64,000 nt of DNA from Callorhinchus milii (Eukaryota). The stretch lies in NCBI RefSeq assembly GCF_018977255.1, contig NW_024704743.1, positions 62,994,001 through 63,058,000 on the forward strand, given 5' to 3'. The translations under genes were made by a program, and so were the position numbers. Below, one piece after another: positions 11,921 to 25,186 of this stretch. How positions within the stretch are numbered: the first letter of the stretch is position 1; every line of letters begins with the position of its first letter. The notes under the pieces are model-generated. The model was not told where the DNA came from. It did no database searches and saw only the letters and a list, made by a program, of their open reading frames with translations.

Positions 11921-12153
11921 GGCTGTAGTTATATCATATGATCAAACAATTGAATTGAAAAAGTAGTATTTCACAATGGAATTCATTGATAATAACTCAG
12001 AATTTGTAATGGGGAAGTAGCCAATAGTATGACACAGATGACTATCACACTTGCTGAATCCCCAAGTGAACCAATGTATTTGTGACCCTCGTGCCTTGGT
12101 TTGACTGATAGATGTGATTACAGATTGGAGGGAGGGTGGGGAAGAAAGGGGAA

Positions 12154-12552
12154 GTTTGGCTCAGTTGCTAGCACTCTTGTCTCTGGGTCAGAGGCTTTAA
12201 ACTCATACAGACGACTGATGGGGGTACACTGCATTGTTGGAGGTACCGTCTTTCAGATAAGACATAAAACTGAGGTTGTGTCTTCCTGTCCAGGTGGATG
12301 TTAAAGATACCATGGCATTGTTCGAAAAGAGAATGGAGTTTCTCCTGGTGTCCTGGTTAACAACCCCCAAAATAAAATTGATCACTGATTTCATGGCTGT
12401 TAGTGAAATATTGCTATGCGCAAAATTGTCTGCTGTGTTCGCCCACTAAATACACACTCACTCCACTAGACAGTGTATCCTGTGAAGAGCTTTGAAACAC
12501 CCTCATAAGGTAAAAGGCATTATACGAAAATGTAAACAATTTTATATTATCA
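12154..12552 (+). mobile_element. Deu-domain SINE (family A)
   Basis: GGCTCAGTTGCTAGCACTCTT head, Deu core, degenerate tail. Confidence 0.85.
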
Positions 12553-12939
12553 AGTTTCTCTTCCTGTTCGAAAGGGACACATTGTCTTTCATTCTATCCA
12601 CACGACTTATACCCAACAATCTTTTCCAAACTGAAAATGTCATAACAGTAGGAATCCTAGTCCGTCAGCTTCTGGGTTATGCATTCAGTACTCTGTTACC
12701 AGAACCACACAGACATTTTAGCCATTTACTTTAAGCGGGGTGGGTGGGGCAGGGTGTGTTGGGGGAGAATTTATTTTCACATTATATAAATAGGAAAATA
12801 AGTGAATCTGTTTCTTAGAAACTGGTGCCCAAAGTGTTAAAAGAGTTATTTCGATAAATTACAAAAGACTGTTAACATGGAATAATGAAAAGTGATAAGT
12901 ATCTCAATGAAAACAACGACGTGCACGGAACCAGTTATT

Positions 12940-13450
12940 AATAACTTTCTGTGATGTCAGTGGGTAGTTTGCTTTGTGACTATAGTGGGCCAGTGAAGAC
13001 AAAGAGGACCTATTTTCTCTAATGAATGGAAAGTCATGTGATAATCTAATGGTATTTTCCGAGTTCCTCTAAAACCAAGGAATTGGGAACCCGCAGTGAC
13101 GACTATGACTTGGTGTCATCCTCTAGCCTGTCTGCTCTGTGTTAAAACCACTTCCTCTTCATGTAGGCTGTGGGTCGCATGACAGGCAAATGCTCCCCAG
13201 CCCTCAGTGCCGTGATGTCAGTCCCCAGTGAAGCTCTCGCCTCTCACTGTGTTTACTGAACCAGGGAGAAGTTGCGTAACCATAAAAGACGTTAGTTGTG
13301 CTGAATGAGATACTGTTCCGTTGTCAAAAAAAGAGATAAGTAGCTGCGAGCTGAATCTGTTAAGCAAAAAGCCAATATATGCTTACAATCGGAAAGTCTT
13401 GTCATACGAGGCAACAGTTAAGTAATAGGTTGGTACAAAGTGGGCCACGG
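12940..13450. promoter_or_regulatory. Candidate enhancer/promoter (ETS:RUNX-like composite, two CRE-like sites, TCF-like, GATA, CCAAT)
   Basis: AACCACTTCCTC at 13146-13157; TGATGTCA at 12952 and 13213; repeat-free and visibly more CpG than the flanks. Confidence 0.25.
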
Positions 13451-14114
13451 TTTAAACAGTGAGAACTGGGTATTGTCAAATGTTCGTAAACCATAATTCA
13501 CGTCAATTAATATGAACTCATAGGAACTCATAGCCGCACTCTCTCAGTTTGAGATATAATGCAATGGAAAATGTGCAGAATTTAAACGCACAGAGTAAAT
13601 GAATGCTCAATTTACTACGATTTAAGGTGTACTTTTTGGGAGGCGGGAGAAATAAACAGAATATGATCACTGAGTAAATCTGCAAAGCAGGAAGGTTTAT
13701 GCTGAAACATAGGAACATACACATTTTTAGCACTGAAGAAGGCCATTTGATCCTTCGAGTCTGTGCCAGCTCGACCTGTTTTGCTAAATGTAACTAAATG
13801 GACTGTATTTTACTTGAAACCTTCTTATCTGTTGGTTAATATTCGTAATCGAGCCAATGGAGGTACTGTCTGTTTTGCAAATGAAAATCAGTGTTATTTT
13901 TCAGCTAGATCTAGGCTGCATTTTTAAAAAACATATATGGCATTCTCAAATATATAATAAAGAACGTTTAAAAAAATGCAGAAAGAATTTTATTGAAACA
14001 TAAGAACATACACATTTTTAACACTGAGGGAGGCCTTTTGGTCCTTCGAGTCTGTGCCACTGCCATTTGTTTTACTAAATAACAAGAGGAGGCCATTTAG
14101 TCCATCGAACCTGC

Positions 14115-14437
14115 TTCACCTCCGAGTCAGAAGGTCACGGGTTTATGTCTCATGTGGGACTTTGAAGTTATAGTTTAGGCGGATACTCGAAAGCCCTCCA
14201 GGGCGTATGCTGCATTGTTAGAGATGCTGTCCTTCAGATTAAACTAACCAAAGCCCTGTCTGCCTGTTTAGGTGGATGTTAAAGATCCCATGGCACTACT
14301 CGAAAAGAGAAGTTTCTCTTGCCAATCATAATTCCCTGAATAAAATTGATCATTCACTTCATGGGTGTGTGAGGTAGACGTATGCAAATTGGTTGCTGTG
14401 TTGTCCAACAAATACATAGTCATTACATTTTACAGTG
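14115..14437 (+). mobile_element. Deu-domain SINE (family A)
   Basis: GAGTCAGAAGG head and GTGGATGTTAAAGATCCCATGGCACTA core. Confidence 0.8.
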
Positions 14438-14645
14438 AGATCTTTAGGGTCCACCTGAACATGCAGATAGGACCTTCATTTAACATCTCATCTGAAGGAC
14501 GGCACCTCTGACAATGCAGCACACCCCCAGCACTGCGATGGAGTGCCAGAGTAGATGATAAGGGTTACAAGTCCCAATGTGTGTCATGAACCTGCAACCT
14601 TCTTACTCAGAGGCAAGAGTACTACCAACTGAGGCAGGCTGACTT
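14438..14645 (-). mobile_element. Deu-domain SINE (family A) 5' half, inverted and abutting the previous copy
   Basis: Reverse complement of head and Deu core. Confidence 0.8.
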
Positions 14646-15289
14646 AGTGCTGATGTCAAATCAATGAAAGTGACTAACTGCTAATGATAGTGTGAAACTA
14701 TGATAAAGGTGGTGTTATGGGTATTCAGTTTCAGGAGACAACCAATTGCAGAGACTTTACTTGAGCTACTGCTGGGAAAGAGGAACCAGTGTCAACAAAT
14801 GCTGCTACCCTGCTTGAGGGGCGCTATATAAATGCAAGTTGTTGTGCAAAACCTTGCACTGCTTTTCAATCATGTGATACATATCTCTGTGATATTGTTA
14901 AGGTTTATCTTTGTCTTTGAAGTCATTTCAAAAAGGTATTCAGCATCTTTAAATACAAGTAATTCTTCCGTCAATGAAAATCAGAATTGTAAGCGCTGTA
15001 AATACCTGAGATGGAAGCGGGCAAAAGTAAACTACACAAGGGTCTAGAGTAAACCACACGAGGGGCTAAAAGTAACTGCATGAAGGATTGAGAGAACATG
15101 TACAACATAGCACATCTCTAGAGTTGAGGATTAGTCAAGTTGAGAATTAGTCAGATTTTAACATCATTAAAGAATCGAGAGCATGACCAACTTTTTAACA
15201 ACGCTAAAAATAATCCCCCACGAGTCCAACCGAAAAACCCTTCAGATAACCTTCTGGATTGTAGAGCAAACAACTTCAGGTTTGAATGC

Positions 15290-15575
15290 CCAGTCTGTGC
15301 TGAATGAGCTGAACTCAGCCATGATGGTAGTGGGGTGGTAAACCTGGCCTTGGTTATCCCTAAGTTAGAGAGGGGAAATTCTGCATTCTTCATTATCTAG
15401 AACCTCTTACAAGAAGCTGTGTATGTGTGTGTTGGGATCAGTTGAATTGCCTGCCTGATCTCTGTCAAGGTTCACATTTGAATAATGTGGAAGAGATACC
15501 AGAAGACAACCTGTGGAAGCATTGTCTGTAGAAGTAAAAAGGAGTCAAATGCCTTCAAGAGAGTAGAAGGGCAAG
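15290..15575 (+). mobile_element. Older SINE-like interspersed repeat (third family)
   Basis: GTCTGTGCTGAATGAGCTGAACTCAGCC..AAGGAGTCAAATGCCTTCAAGAGAG resembles a remembered shark ancient repeat; probable minus-strand relative at 41595-41810. Confidence 0.4.
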
Positions 15576-16424
15576 AAGGCAATGAATAATATTAATAACT
15601 TTTGTTCATATGGCAAATTATTCATCAGACTTTAGTGTAGACTGAATTGATCCACCCAGTTGATGTCCTGCAATCGATACCACCTCCCGAGGCTGGTCTC
15701 ATGCCCCAGGTCACTTTGCAATCACAAGCCTCCAACACAATTTATATTATATCATGGGTCAATTCTGTGGTTTTCTTGCTAAATAATTGTGAAGAGCAAA
15801 GCTAAGAATCTGAATTTTATCCCACTCAGATCTGTCTGCTGAGCTCCACCATGCTTGACGGTTCCTTCAGGCGCAGGTCTGTTTTGGGCAATGGACTAAA
15901 ATATTGCCCACACCAGGGCAAGCACAGCCCTTGTATACAATGAGCCTGTTTATTCCTGAGATCCACCTATTAAATTCTGGGCATCTGATCTGGGTCCACA
16001 CTCATCACAGCAGGTGCTTGAGACTCTATCTTGAGTTCAACAAGAACACAGTCACTTCACTGCTATTAAACACTCTGGGATGCTACCCTGCATGAGGGTC
16101 GTTAGATAAATGCAAGTTAGTGGTGTTGTTGTTTTGGAGGCCTTTGAATTCCCAGGCCTTTACAGGCAGTGGTGAAAGTCATTCAAATCCACTCCGTGTT
16201 CTTGAAAAAGTCCTTATTGAGTACAGTCGTTGCTTCTCCTCCATCTTACACTGCTGCACTGTAAAGGGACAGCACTGTACTTAAGCCTGAACAGAGGGAG
16301 ACATTTAACAGGAGTCTGGACTTGCACTTTTTTCTCAGCATTTCAGAGCATGCACATTTGATTAATTCTTAAATTCACTTTTAATTCTGAAGCTGAGAAT
16401 TATCCAAAATTTACATGCTAAGAA

Positions 16425-16686
16425 CATTCAGATGGACGTTAAAGATCCCATGACACTATTCAAAAGCCTAATGGAGTTTCTCCCGGGGTCCTGGCCAACA
16501 ATTCCACAAATAAAATTGCTCACTCGTTTCGTGGCTGTTTGTGGTACAATTCTGTGGAGAATTGTGCTGCCGCTTTAGCCTATAAATACACAATCACTCC
16601 ATTTCACAGTAAATCCTGTGAAGCGCTTTGAGACATCCTTCCAACATGATGAGGCGCATTCCAACTGCAAAAATTATTATTATTAT
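16425..16686 (+). mobile_element. Deu-domain SINE (family A), 5'-truncated
   Basis: GGACGTTAAAGATCCCATGACACTATT core and (ATT)n tail. Confidence 0.8.
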
Positions 16687-17769
16687 CCATGTAATTCTCA
16701 AAAGTATGTAATTCCAATTCTATTTGCATGACGGGACAATGGCTTAAAAATGATCTTTTTATTTACAAGCAGAGTCTTTTGTCATGTTTGGTTGTTGCTC
16801 AGAATAGAACAGTGTCCCAACGAGCTATGGACACATGGTGGAATATTTGCTTTGGAATATAAGGGACGAGGAAAACCTGTGGAAATTGCGGGGTATCTTC
16901 CAGGACGAGTGGAAAAGACTTTGATCACTCCATTAGTTCATCGATAAGAGGAAGATATTGGATACATCACAGGGAAGGGCGCAATGTAAATGTTACCACT
17001 TGAACAGCGGATTTGACTGGCATTAAATGTTCATTTGCCTAATGTCTATATTTAGAACTTCCCGATTCCTACTTTGAAAATAATATGTAGAGGGGATGAT
17101 GGCAGAACAAGGGCAGTCTGTGTGCGTGTGCCAGCTTATGAAGAGATCAGACATTTGGATTGTGTCGCACTGAATTCATAATTATTTGGAAGTGCCGACA
17201 CAATCTGTCAATGTATTTTTTGACGTTTATGTTAAAGTAACGAATGAACTGAAATCCTATTTTAATGAAATGAAATCGCTGTTCAACAGAGAACACGCTT
17301 CATTACCGTGGATGTGTTTTTTGCAGGAAAATACAAGTTTGGCAGTCATATAAAATCAGTAAAACGTACTACTGCTGACTAAGTCTGGGCCGGTTCTACA
17401 CTCTAACTTTCTGTACTAATGGTCAACCATGCTGGAGGCGATTTACATTATGTATAAATGATTGGAAGTGGGGACAGGAACCAAGCTATCTAAGTTTGCA
17501 GATGATGCCAAACATAATACAATTTACATATAAAACTAGGCTCTTGCCCCACCCTCTCTATGCATCCTCCTCAAACCCTACCAACCGGGATACTCCCTCC
17601 ACTTGCTGGGCACTGGTCTGCTTCACATCCCTGCCCCACCCAACCTACCATCGGTATCAGGCTTTCAGCTTTCAGGAGGATGTCTCAAAGCACTTTGAGG
17701 GGCCAATTTATGGGAATTACAAATAACAGGCTGAACATATACCTATATATACAGATGATGATAATATTA

Positions 17770-17970
17770 ATAATAATCCTTGCATTTGATATTGTGCCTT
17801 ATCACATCGTTGAGATGTCTGAAAGCACTTCACAGGATTTACTGTAAAGTGGATTGACTGTGTATTTTGTAAACAAAATGCAGTAGCCAATTTGCGCACA
17901 GCAATGTCCCACAACCAGCCATGGAGCGAGTGACCAAATTTATTTGGAGGATTTGTAGGCCAGGATACCA
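17770..17970 (-). mobile_element. SINE 3' half
   Basis: AATAATCCTTGCATTTGATAT tail and Deu 3' motifs. Confidence 0.8.
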
Positions 17971-18029
17971 GATCTGAATAGATTAGTGACTTGGGCTGGC
18001 TTGCGGCAAATATCATTTATTGCCCTGAG

Positions 18030-18190
18030 CGAGACCCTTCATCGGGCTTCAAACTCCATTCTGATGCAGAGCCTTTACCAAGGCACGAATCTCCCTTTCT
18101 CCTTCAGATGCTGATCGACCCTGCTGTGCATTTCCAGCACTTTCTAATTTTATTTCAGATCTCCAGAATTCACATTTTTTCTTTTTCTCT
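18030..18190 (+). mobile_element. Penelope-like element terminal remnant
   Basis: GACCCTTCATC..TTCTGATG..CAGATGCTGATCGACCCTGCTGTGCATTTCCAGCACTTTCT..TTTCAGATCTCCAG, a pattern I recall as typical of chondrichthyan Penelope ends. Confidence 0.55.
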
Positions 18191-19036
18191 CTGATAGCAC
18201 TTGGTGCAGTATAAAAGGAATATATAAAGTAAAGCCCTGCTCCCTGTGTTGGCTGTAAAGATCTTAAACTATGATACAAGGCTACTCATAATTGGATACA
18301 ACTTGGCAGTAAATTCACAATCTCACTCGGAAAAGGCACAAAGGTTTCTGCTGTGCTTAAAGATGAAAAGTGATCTGTTCCCCAGTGCTGACATCCTCCA
18401 ATTGATCAACACAAAAACATATAAAAAGAGCCATACTCCAAAAAGCATGCTATTAGCTATCTTTCCTGTGAAATTCACCCCTGTGGCACAGTAGGCTAAC
18501 ATTGTCAGGAGAGATGACTTGTGTGGTGAGGCAAACACATCATTTTCAAATATGTCAAGAGCCAAAGCTTGGGGACATCAGAGTGTGTGTTGGGGTACTG
18601 CTGGAGTTTAACTAGATAAAAAAGACATGGCTTGGCTGTCTGGCAAACCTTGCTGCTTGTCCAGCCAGGTCCATCCTCACTGTTAGGGCTTTGGCTTCCC
18701 AAGAAAAATCCCTACCCTCAGTGACTATGCTGCTAATCCAAGGCCTGACCATGGAGCCAGGTTGGCTGGATCATCATCAATAGTGCCTTGGAGTACTGCG
18801 GATCTTCCTGGCTCAGGAACCAGATTACCAAAACACCTTCCCACCTCAGGCGCTGACAACATCCAATCTACTTGGATATACTCTCCGCTTCACAGAGCCA
18901 GTACAGAAGCTTGGTGTCTTGTTCAATTCTCAACTGTCCTTTAAACCCCATCCCTAGTGAGAAGCACATGCTCTGGGCGGAGTTACAGCAACATCACTCA
19001 CTCCATGAGGTGCTCCACACCAGGTCCTGATAGTTT

Positions 19037-19370
19037 GTGGAATCCTGTAACTCAGTGGTTAGAGCACTTGCCTCACAAGCGAGAAGATCTGGGCAGGGCG
19101 AAACCTTAGGCAAGTTTCCTTACTCTGATGCCTCTGTTTGCCTAGCAGTAAGTAGCAACCCGGTTGTTGGTTGAATGGCGGATTGCTTCTGGGGTAATAA
19201 TCCCTTATAAAAGTAATCAGTTACTCAATCCACAACTGTTTGTGGGACACTGCTGTGTACAATTAGCTTTATACAGTCAATTCACTTTGCAATATATTCT
19301 GTGAAGCACTTTGAGATGTCTCAACAACGTGATAAGGTTCTTTATGAAATGCAAGGATTATTATTATAGT
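19037..19370 (+). mobile_element. tRNA-Ala-like SINE (family B), near full length
   Basis: GGAATCCTGTAACTCAGTGGTTAGAGCAC head, central domain, (ATT)n tail. Confidence 0.88.
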
Positions 19371-19873
19371 ATAGGTTATTATTATCGCTATCTTATACTT
19401 TTGTTCCTTGGTTATGGATTCCCCAACAAGTGGAGACAGTCTATTTGTTAACCTTATCAAGCACTTTCATGATTTTAAACACCTCTATCACGTCCCCTCT
19501 TAAGCGGCTCTTCTCTAAGGAAAAAAAAGGCCTGTGTGCAATTGGTGTCACGTTCACCTACAAATAGACAATCACTCGACTTCACAGTAAATCCTGTAAT
19601 GGGCTTTGAATGTCTTTCTGACGTTATACCAAATGCAAGGATTATTATTATTTATCTATCACATTTAATATGGCAATGCAGATGCATTCACATGGTGTCA
19701 GAATTTTTGTTCAGATCATTTGGGTAGCACAGTCTGTTAGTGCAGCTCTGAACTGAGACTCCTAATTTAGCAAAACTATTGATTTCTCTCTCATTCTCTC
19801 TCTCTCTCAGTCCTCCACTCACTGTCTCACCTATAAGCATTTTTCATGGAGTTTGGATCTTTAAGTGAACTAT

Positions 19874-20090
19874 GGGCCTGGATTTTGTCATGCCTTTAGC
19901 CAAAAGACTAGACAGTTGTCTTAGAATTTAATATTGTGCAGAGTTTTGGAAAATTCTTAAATTTAGATTATTAATTTGGAAGATTTTTTTTCAGCAGATC
20001 CTAAGCAGAACCAGCTTTTAAATTAAAACCGATATTAAGAATTTTCTAAAAATTGTGCACAATCTTAAATTCCTTGTTAAGAAATCCATT
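19874..20090. mobile_element. AT-rich palindromic MITE-like element
   Basis: ~40-bp inverted arms at 19923-19962 and 20032-20072; related pieces at 1735-1855, 28240-28380 and 32590-32745. Confidence 0.55.
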
Positions 20091-22392
20091 AGAAATTGTG
20101 CATTTCATACCCCGAGATGTCATTCTCTTTTGTGTTAACAAGTGCTGAAAACATACACAGATGTGGATCTGATCATTGTATGTGTGTGTCTCAGCCCCGT
20201 CCTAGGAACAATAGTTTCCTCAGAACACTGACTGGGGTGGAAGGGCATTGAGGCTCAGGGTGTGATGAGTTAACGCCCCTTCTGTGCTGTGGTGCATTCA
20301 GTTGTGGTTGATTCAAACTGTTTTCTGGTTACTTCAGTGCCTGTCAGCAGTGACAAGAAACTCAAACTACAAACACGGTGATGCCTGAGCAGGTTCAGAG
20401 CTTGTGAAAAACAATTACTCATTGCCCTTACTCTTCAGACAGATACTCAGAGCAAACCGGTGAAGATAGCGAAGAAAATGTTAGCACTGTTCCCTGTCCA
20501 ATGATCCTGCTGTTGTCTCATGCACTTTCCCACCTGTTATGCAGCTTTAAATGCTTCAATCTAGCTTTTTGAAGGCACAGGTCAAAGTACTGTAGTTTTT
20601 ATGCGTAATATATTATATATACAGGATAATAATTTATACAGTGTAGGATGCATGGTACAATACCTATTACAATAGGATACAGTATATGTCTTACTAAGTA
20701 CATTGTAACATTTTTTTACAATGTGGTAGAATGGGAGTCTTATTTGCATTTAATATATGACCTATAATTATCTCAAGACCCTCCTCTTCAACCGTGCTTT
20801 CGACCCCCAGCTCGGGTCCAAAACACTGACTGTCCAGTGCCTTGGGGCGTCCTCCCGATGTGAAAGGCGCTACAAATATAATTTTGTTGTTGTAATTATA
20901 ATGTCAATATGTTTCACGGATAATTGCTGTTACATGTAGTGACTATGTAGGCAAACATGTTGTGCTACATTGTAATGGTTTGGTCATGAGCATAACACAG
21001 AGTGTAAGTGATCTGAAAGATATTGGGGAATAAGTCGCTGACAGAAACCATTACAGGAGACCAGATATCAGAGAGTTTCTCCCGATTTGGTCTAAAACAA
21101 TACATAATATTCATTTGACTTAGTGTTTCAATCCATGTTGAACAAGTGGGGTCCATCTTAGTGGATTGCAATGCCAAACATCAGTTAGGAGGAATCCCAG
21201 GATCAAGTTTGTTTTTGAGCAGAGGGTGAATGTAAGGGGAGCATGCTGAGTCAGTGGGCTTGTGTCTGGATTGTCTGTGTACTTTATAATCTCTTTGGTG
21301 TCATGCAGGACCTTTCATCCTTAAGAGTTCAATCTTTATCTCCTAAAGATGTGGAAGATTGATATATCCGTAAGGCGATGATGATTTTCTCTTTTCCGAT
21401 CGATTGCTGATTGTAGATGGTTTGAGACTGTTTGAGCCTGGGTGTGCTGCTTCGCAAATGGTCCCAGACATTGTCACACAAGGCTCGTTTGAGATCTGTC
21501 TAACACAGGCTGTTCCTGTGTTTGTGTTTTGAGTTCAGAAAAATAAAGATTGCATATGCCTACAAACCTACCAGGGTGGTGTCTTTATCATAATAATAAT
21601 CCCTGCATTTGATACAATGCCTTATCACGTTGTTGAGATGCCTGCACCAAGACCAGGCTGTTTGTAAACAGCAACGTGTCTCAATGAATACACTTCAGTG
21701 ATGGGAATGTCATCTTAGCTGCCTGAGATTCACAAACCATTGCAACAGTCATCTCAAGTAACTTACTCATGAGAGTCAAGAATTTACCAGCCCTTCCCCC
21801 CTCCCCTTCTCCCCATAAACGGACATGCATCACTGCTCTTTAGTGAGGTCTGGCAATCTGTGCATGTGTGCTGCATCACATGATGTCATCTGTAAAGCAT
21901 ACAAATGTCATCATCACATTACGCTGATTACTTTGCTTGCAAGTGAAAAAAGAAAAATGACACACAAGCCTATAGAAAGCCCTGCAACAAAGTCAGGATT
22001 TATTATGCATCCTTAGTGTTGATGGGAGAGGCTGCCTTGTCTGGATATCTTTCAACAGTTATCAAACTCCGTGGCTGCTGTCTAGCACCGACTTCAGATC
22101 TTTGAGCTGCTAACCATGACATATTTCATATGGTGTCTGTCAGAAGCAATCAGCTCATTGCCTCAGTCCTGCTCCTTCCTGTGTGCCACTGGGGTGTAAA
22201 TATTTGACAGCTCCTTTGCTAAGCCATCAAACCGCGCTCACAAACAAAAATTGCAGTAGCTCAGCGTCCTAATACAAATGTAGGCACAGTTTATAGAACC
22301 AGGTTTGATCAATACTTTGCCCGCTGGTGTGCATGTGGGACGTGAACAAAACTTATGGTAGGTTTAATCTGCAGTGTCTTTTGCACTGCCCG

Positions 22393-22637
22393 GTAATCCC
22401 TGCATTTGATATTAGCACCTAGAACTCCAGAGATTTCACAGGTAAATGCTGTCTGTGTATTTGTAGGTGAATGTGGCAGTCATTTCACACATACACAAGG
22501 TGCCAAAAACAGCCATAAAGTGAATAATTTTATCTGAAGGCCTGTTGACCAGGTCAGGGGGAGAAATTCTCTTCTCGCATAGTGCCATGGGATCTCTATA
22601 GCGCCTGCCTGAACAGACAGACAGGGCCTCGGCTCAA
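22393..22637 (-). mobile_element. Deu-domain SINE (family A), partial
   Basis: Reverse tail TAATCCCTGCATTTGATAT and ATAGTGCCATGGGATCT core. Confidence 0.75.
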
Positions 22638-23039
22638 TGAAGCAAACGTCAGTATTTGCACGTTATCTCCTCAGGAGGTTTAGGACAGGCCGGTGTTTTC
22701 AAAAATCTAGGAATTGCAATTTTTCCCCAAATATTTCTTGGGTGAATGTGAGGCTCGTTCAGGTGAGGAATTTTAGTGCTGAGCATTGGGAAAATTGCTA
22801 TGTTTCATACTCAGTGTCGATATCAAATGTTCTCAAGTGAATTGACACTCGTCAGGAACTGAGTTGAAACTGCCCTAATGGACATCACTTGAGGATTCTA
22901 AACAGCCATCAAGGTCCGTCGTCTCTCCTGCCACCAGCTGGGCTCAGGCTTACACCAGATTCAGAGGACAGAGGATAGTTTTTAACCCACTCCGTGCCTC
23001 CGAATCCTTGACCTGTAGTAACACAGTTACTACTCAGTT

Positions 23040-23190
23040 ATTGGGGAGGACAAGTTTGCAGGGCTTCAGGGAGAGATCGGGAGAGTGGGATTGATTTGGA
23101 AGCTCTTTTCAAAGAGCCGACACAGACACGATGGGCCGAATTCCCTCCTTCTGTGCTGTATAATTCTATGATTCTATGATTATATGATTC
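23040..23190 (+). mobile_element. CR1 3' UTR fragment
   Basis: GATGGGCCGAAT..CCTCCTTCTGTGCTGTA and (ATTCTATG)n tail. Confidence 0.85.
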
Positions 23191-23626
23191 AGTGCTGAAT
23201 CCATAATGTAACCTAGTGTTAACCCATAGTGTAACACAATGCTTAACACACAATGTAACCCAATGCTTAACTTGCAGTCTAATCCAACATTTAACCCATT
23301 GTGTAACCCAAACTCAACCACCTCCATAGAGAGCAATTTTGGAACTGAACTGGTCTTTAGTACTTCCACATGCAAGTTCCCCCACTCTTGTTAATATTCA
23401 AGGTCTCACAGCAGAGACAGAATCTCATGCTGACCTTCCAATGCCTCCATGACCTTGTCCCATCCAATCTCCTCCAATATACTCCAGCCATAGTCTCTCC
23501 CTCTGCTTCAAAAACTTGGTCTTGCTTCACGTCCCTCCATTCCTCTGACCCACCATCAATAGCTGTTCTCTGTCATCATGCCCCTGCTCTCTGAAATTCT
23601 CTCTCAAAATCCTTTCATCTTGCACC

Positions 23627-23800
<174 letters not shown>

Positions 23801-24450
23801 AAAATACTTCTAAGAATGTGCCTTCTAAACATGTACCCTCCTTCATTTCACCTTGCCCACCCACTCCCTCCATAACCCATGAATGTTATGTTACGTTCTG
23901 GAAGAGAAACACAAAAATATTGCTTATTCGACTTGGGGACGTTTTTCAAATGGTCATCAACAGCCAAAAGTTTGGCACACGCTGCTTTAAGTAAACATGG
24001 AAAGGCCATTTCTAGTGCTTGTAAATGATCCTCACAAAGCGGAAATCCACATTGATAGCAACCCAGGGTTCTCAGCTGAGTTTGGGCGCTACAATCAAGA
24101 GGATGCCTCAAAATGCTCACTGAAAAGTGTAGTGACTGTGTATTTTGTAGGTGAATACTTTACATAAGGAGCAGAATGTGTATTCAAATGCTACAGTGTT
24201 GACCCAATTGAGATTTGAGTTAAGGGGTTTGTTTTGTATACAGTACTACAGTCTTGATATGAATTCTCACTCTTTTTCAGGTCCTGGTTTTACATTTCTT
24301 CCTATTGCTTCCCCATATTGCTCTTTTTTCAAATGGGTTACTGTTGACTATAGACTCTCTGGAGCCACCGCTCTGCAGCTGAACAAAAATAAGTGCTTGT
24401 GCTGGATGCAGGGCAGGACATGTCAGTTTTATTGTGTTCTGCCTTCTCAG

Positions 24451-24514
24451 GAACTGAGATAAAGTATTCCACGTTTCTACAGTGATCATATGTCATGGTC
24501 AAGATCCAATTAAG
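24451..24514 (+). other. Candidate non-coding (5' UTR/lncRNA) exon
   Basis: Strong acceptor TTTTATTGTGTTCTGCCTTCTCAG| and consensus donor AAG|GTGAGT; stops in all three frames. Confidence 0.3.
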
Positions 24515-24889
24515 GTGAGTTTATATTACTAAGGATGACCTACTGCGTTGAAGACCAAGCTTTTGACAATGTTGGACACAGCTTTATTGCGCTAAACCTG
24601 TATTTCTAGCAGCCTTAATACCACTGAACAATGCTGAGCCTTGATACCACTGAACAAAGCTGGCTGCATAAGTAAGTATGAGGCAGATAGATACAAGTGG
24701 ATTTAAGAAGACTGCTTTCTACTGAACTATTACAGAATGAGGTCTAAAATGCAGGTTGGGCTAATAACCCACAGGCTAACCGTGCCATGCATGCAGCAGC
24801 CTTTATTGATGTTATTGACCACCAATTAAAACAATTACATTGAATCTACAATCTTACCCATATAATTTGTGTCATCCATTGTTGGAGAA

Positions 24890-25186
24890 TCTGTCCTTTG
24901 AATGAGATGTTAAACTAAGGTCCCGTCTGCCAGTTCAGGTGGACATTAGAGATCCCATGGCACTATTCGAAAAGAGAAGGGAGTTTTTCCTGGTGTCTTA
25001 GCCAACAATGCCTCAGGTAAAATTAGGCTTTCACTTCAAGGCTGTTTGTGGGATATAGCTGTGTACAAATTGGCTGCCGCATTCCCCTACAAAGTACACA
25101 GTCACTGCACAATGGAGTAAATCCTGCAAAGCACTTTGAGATGTCTTCCCAAAGTGAATGGCGCTCTATCAAAATGCAAGTATTAT
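24890..25186 (+). mobile_element. Deu-domain SINE (family A), head lost
   Basis: GAGATGTTAAACTAAGGTCCCGTCTGCC..GATCCCATGGCACTATTCGAA. Confidence 0.82.

Noticed and set aside
11290..11941. ORFs of 126-207 aa rich in GCGQ/VDS repeats resembling keratin-associated proteins
   Set aside because: Translations of a minisatellite that is open in several frames; no unique N- or C-terminal domain.
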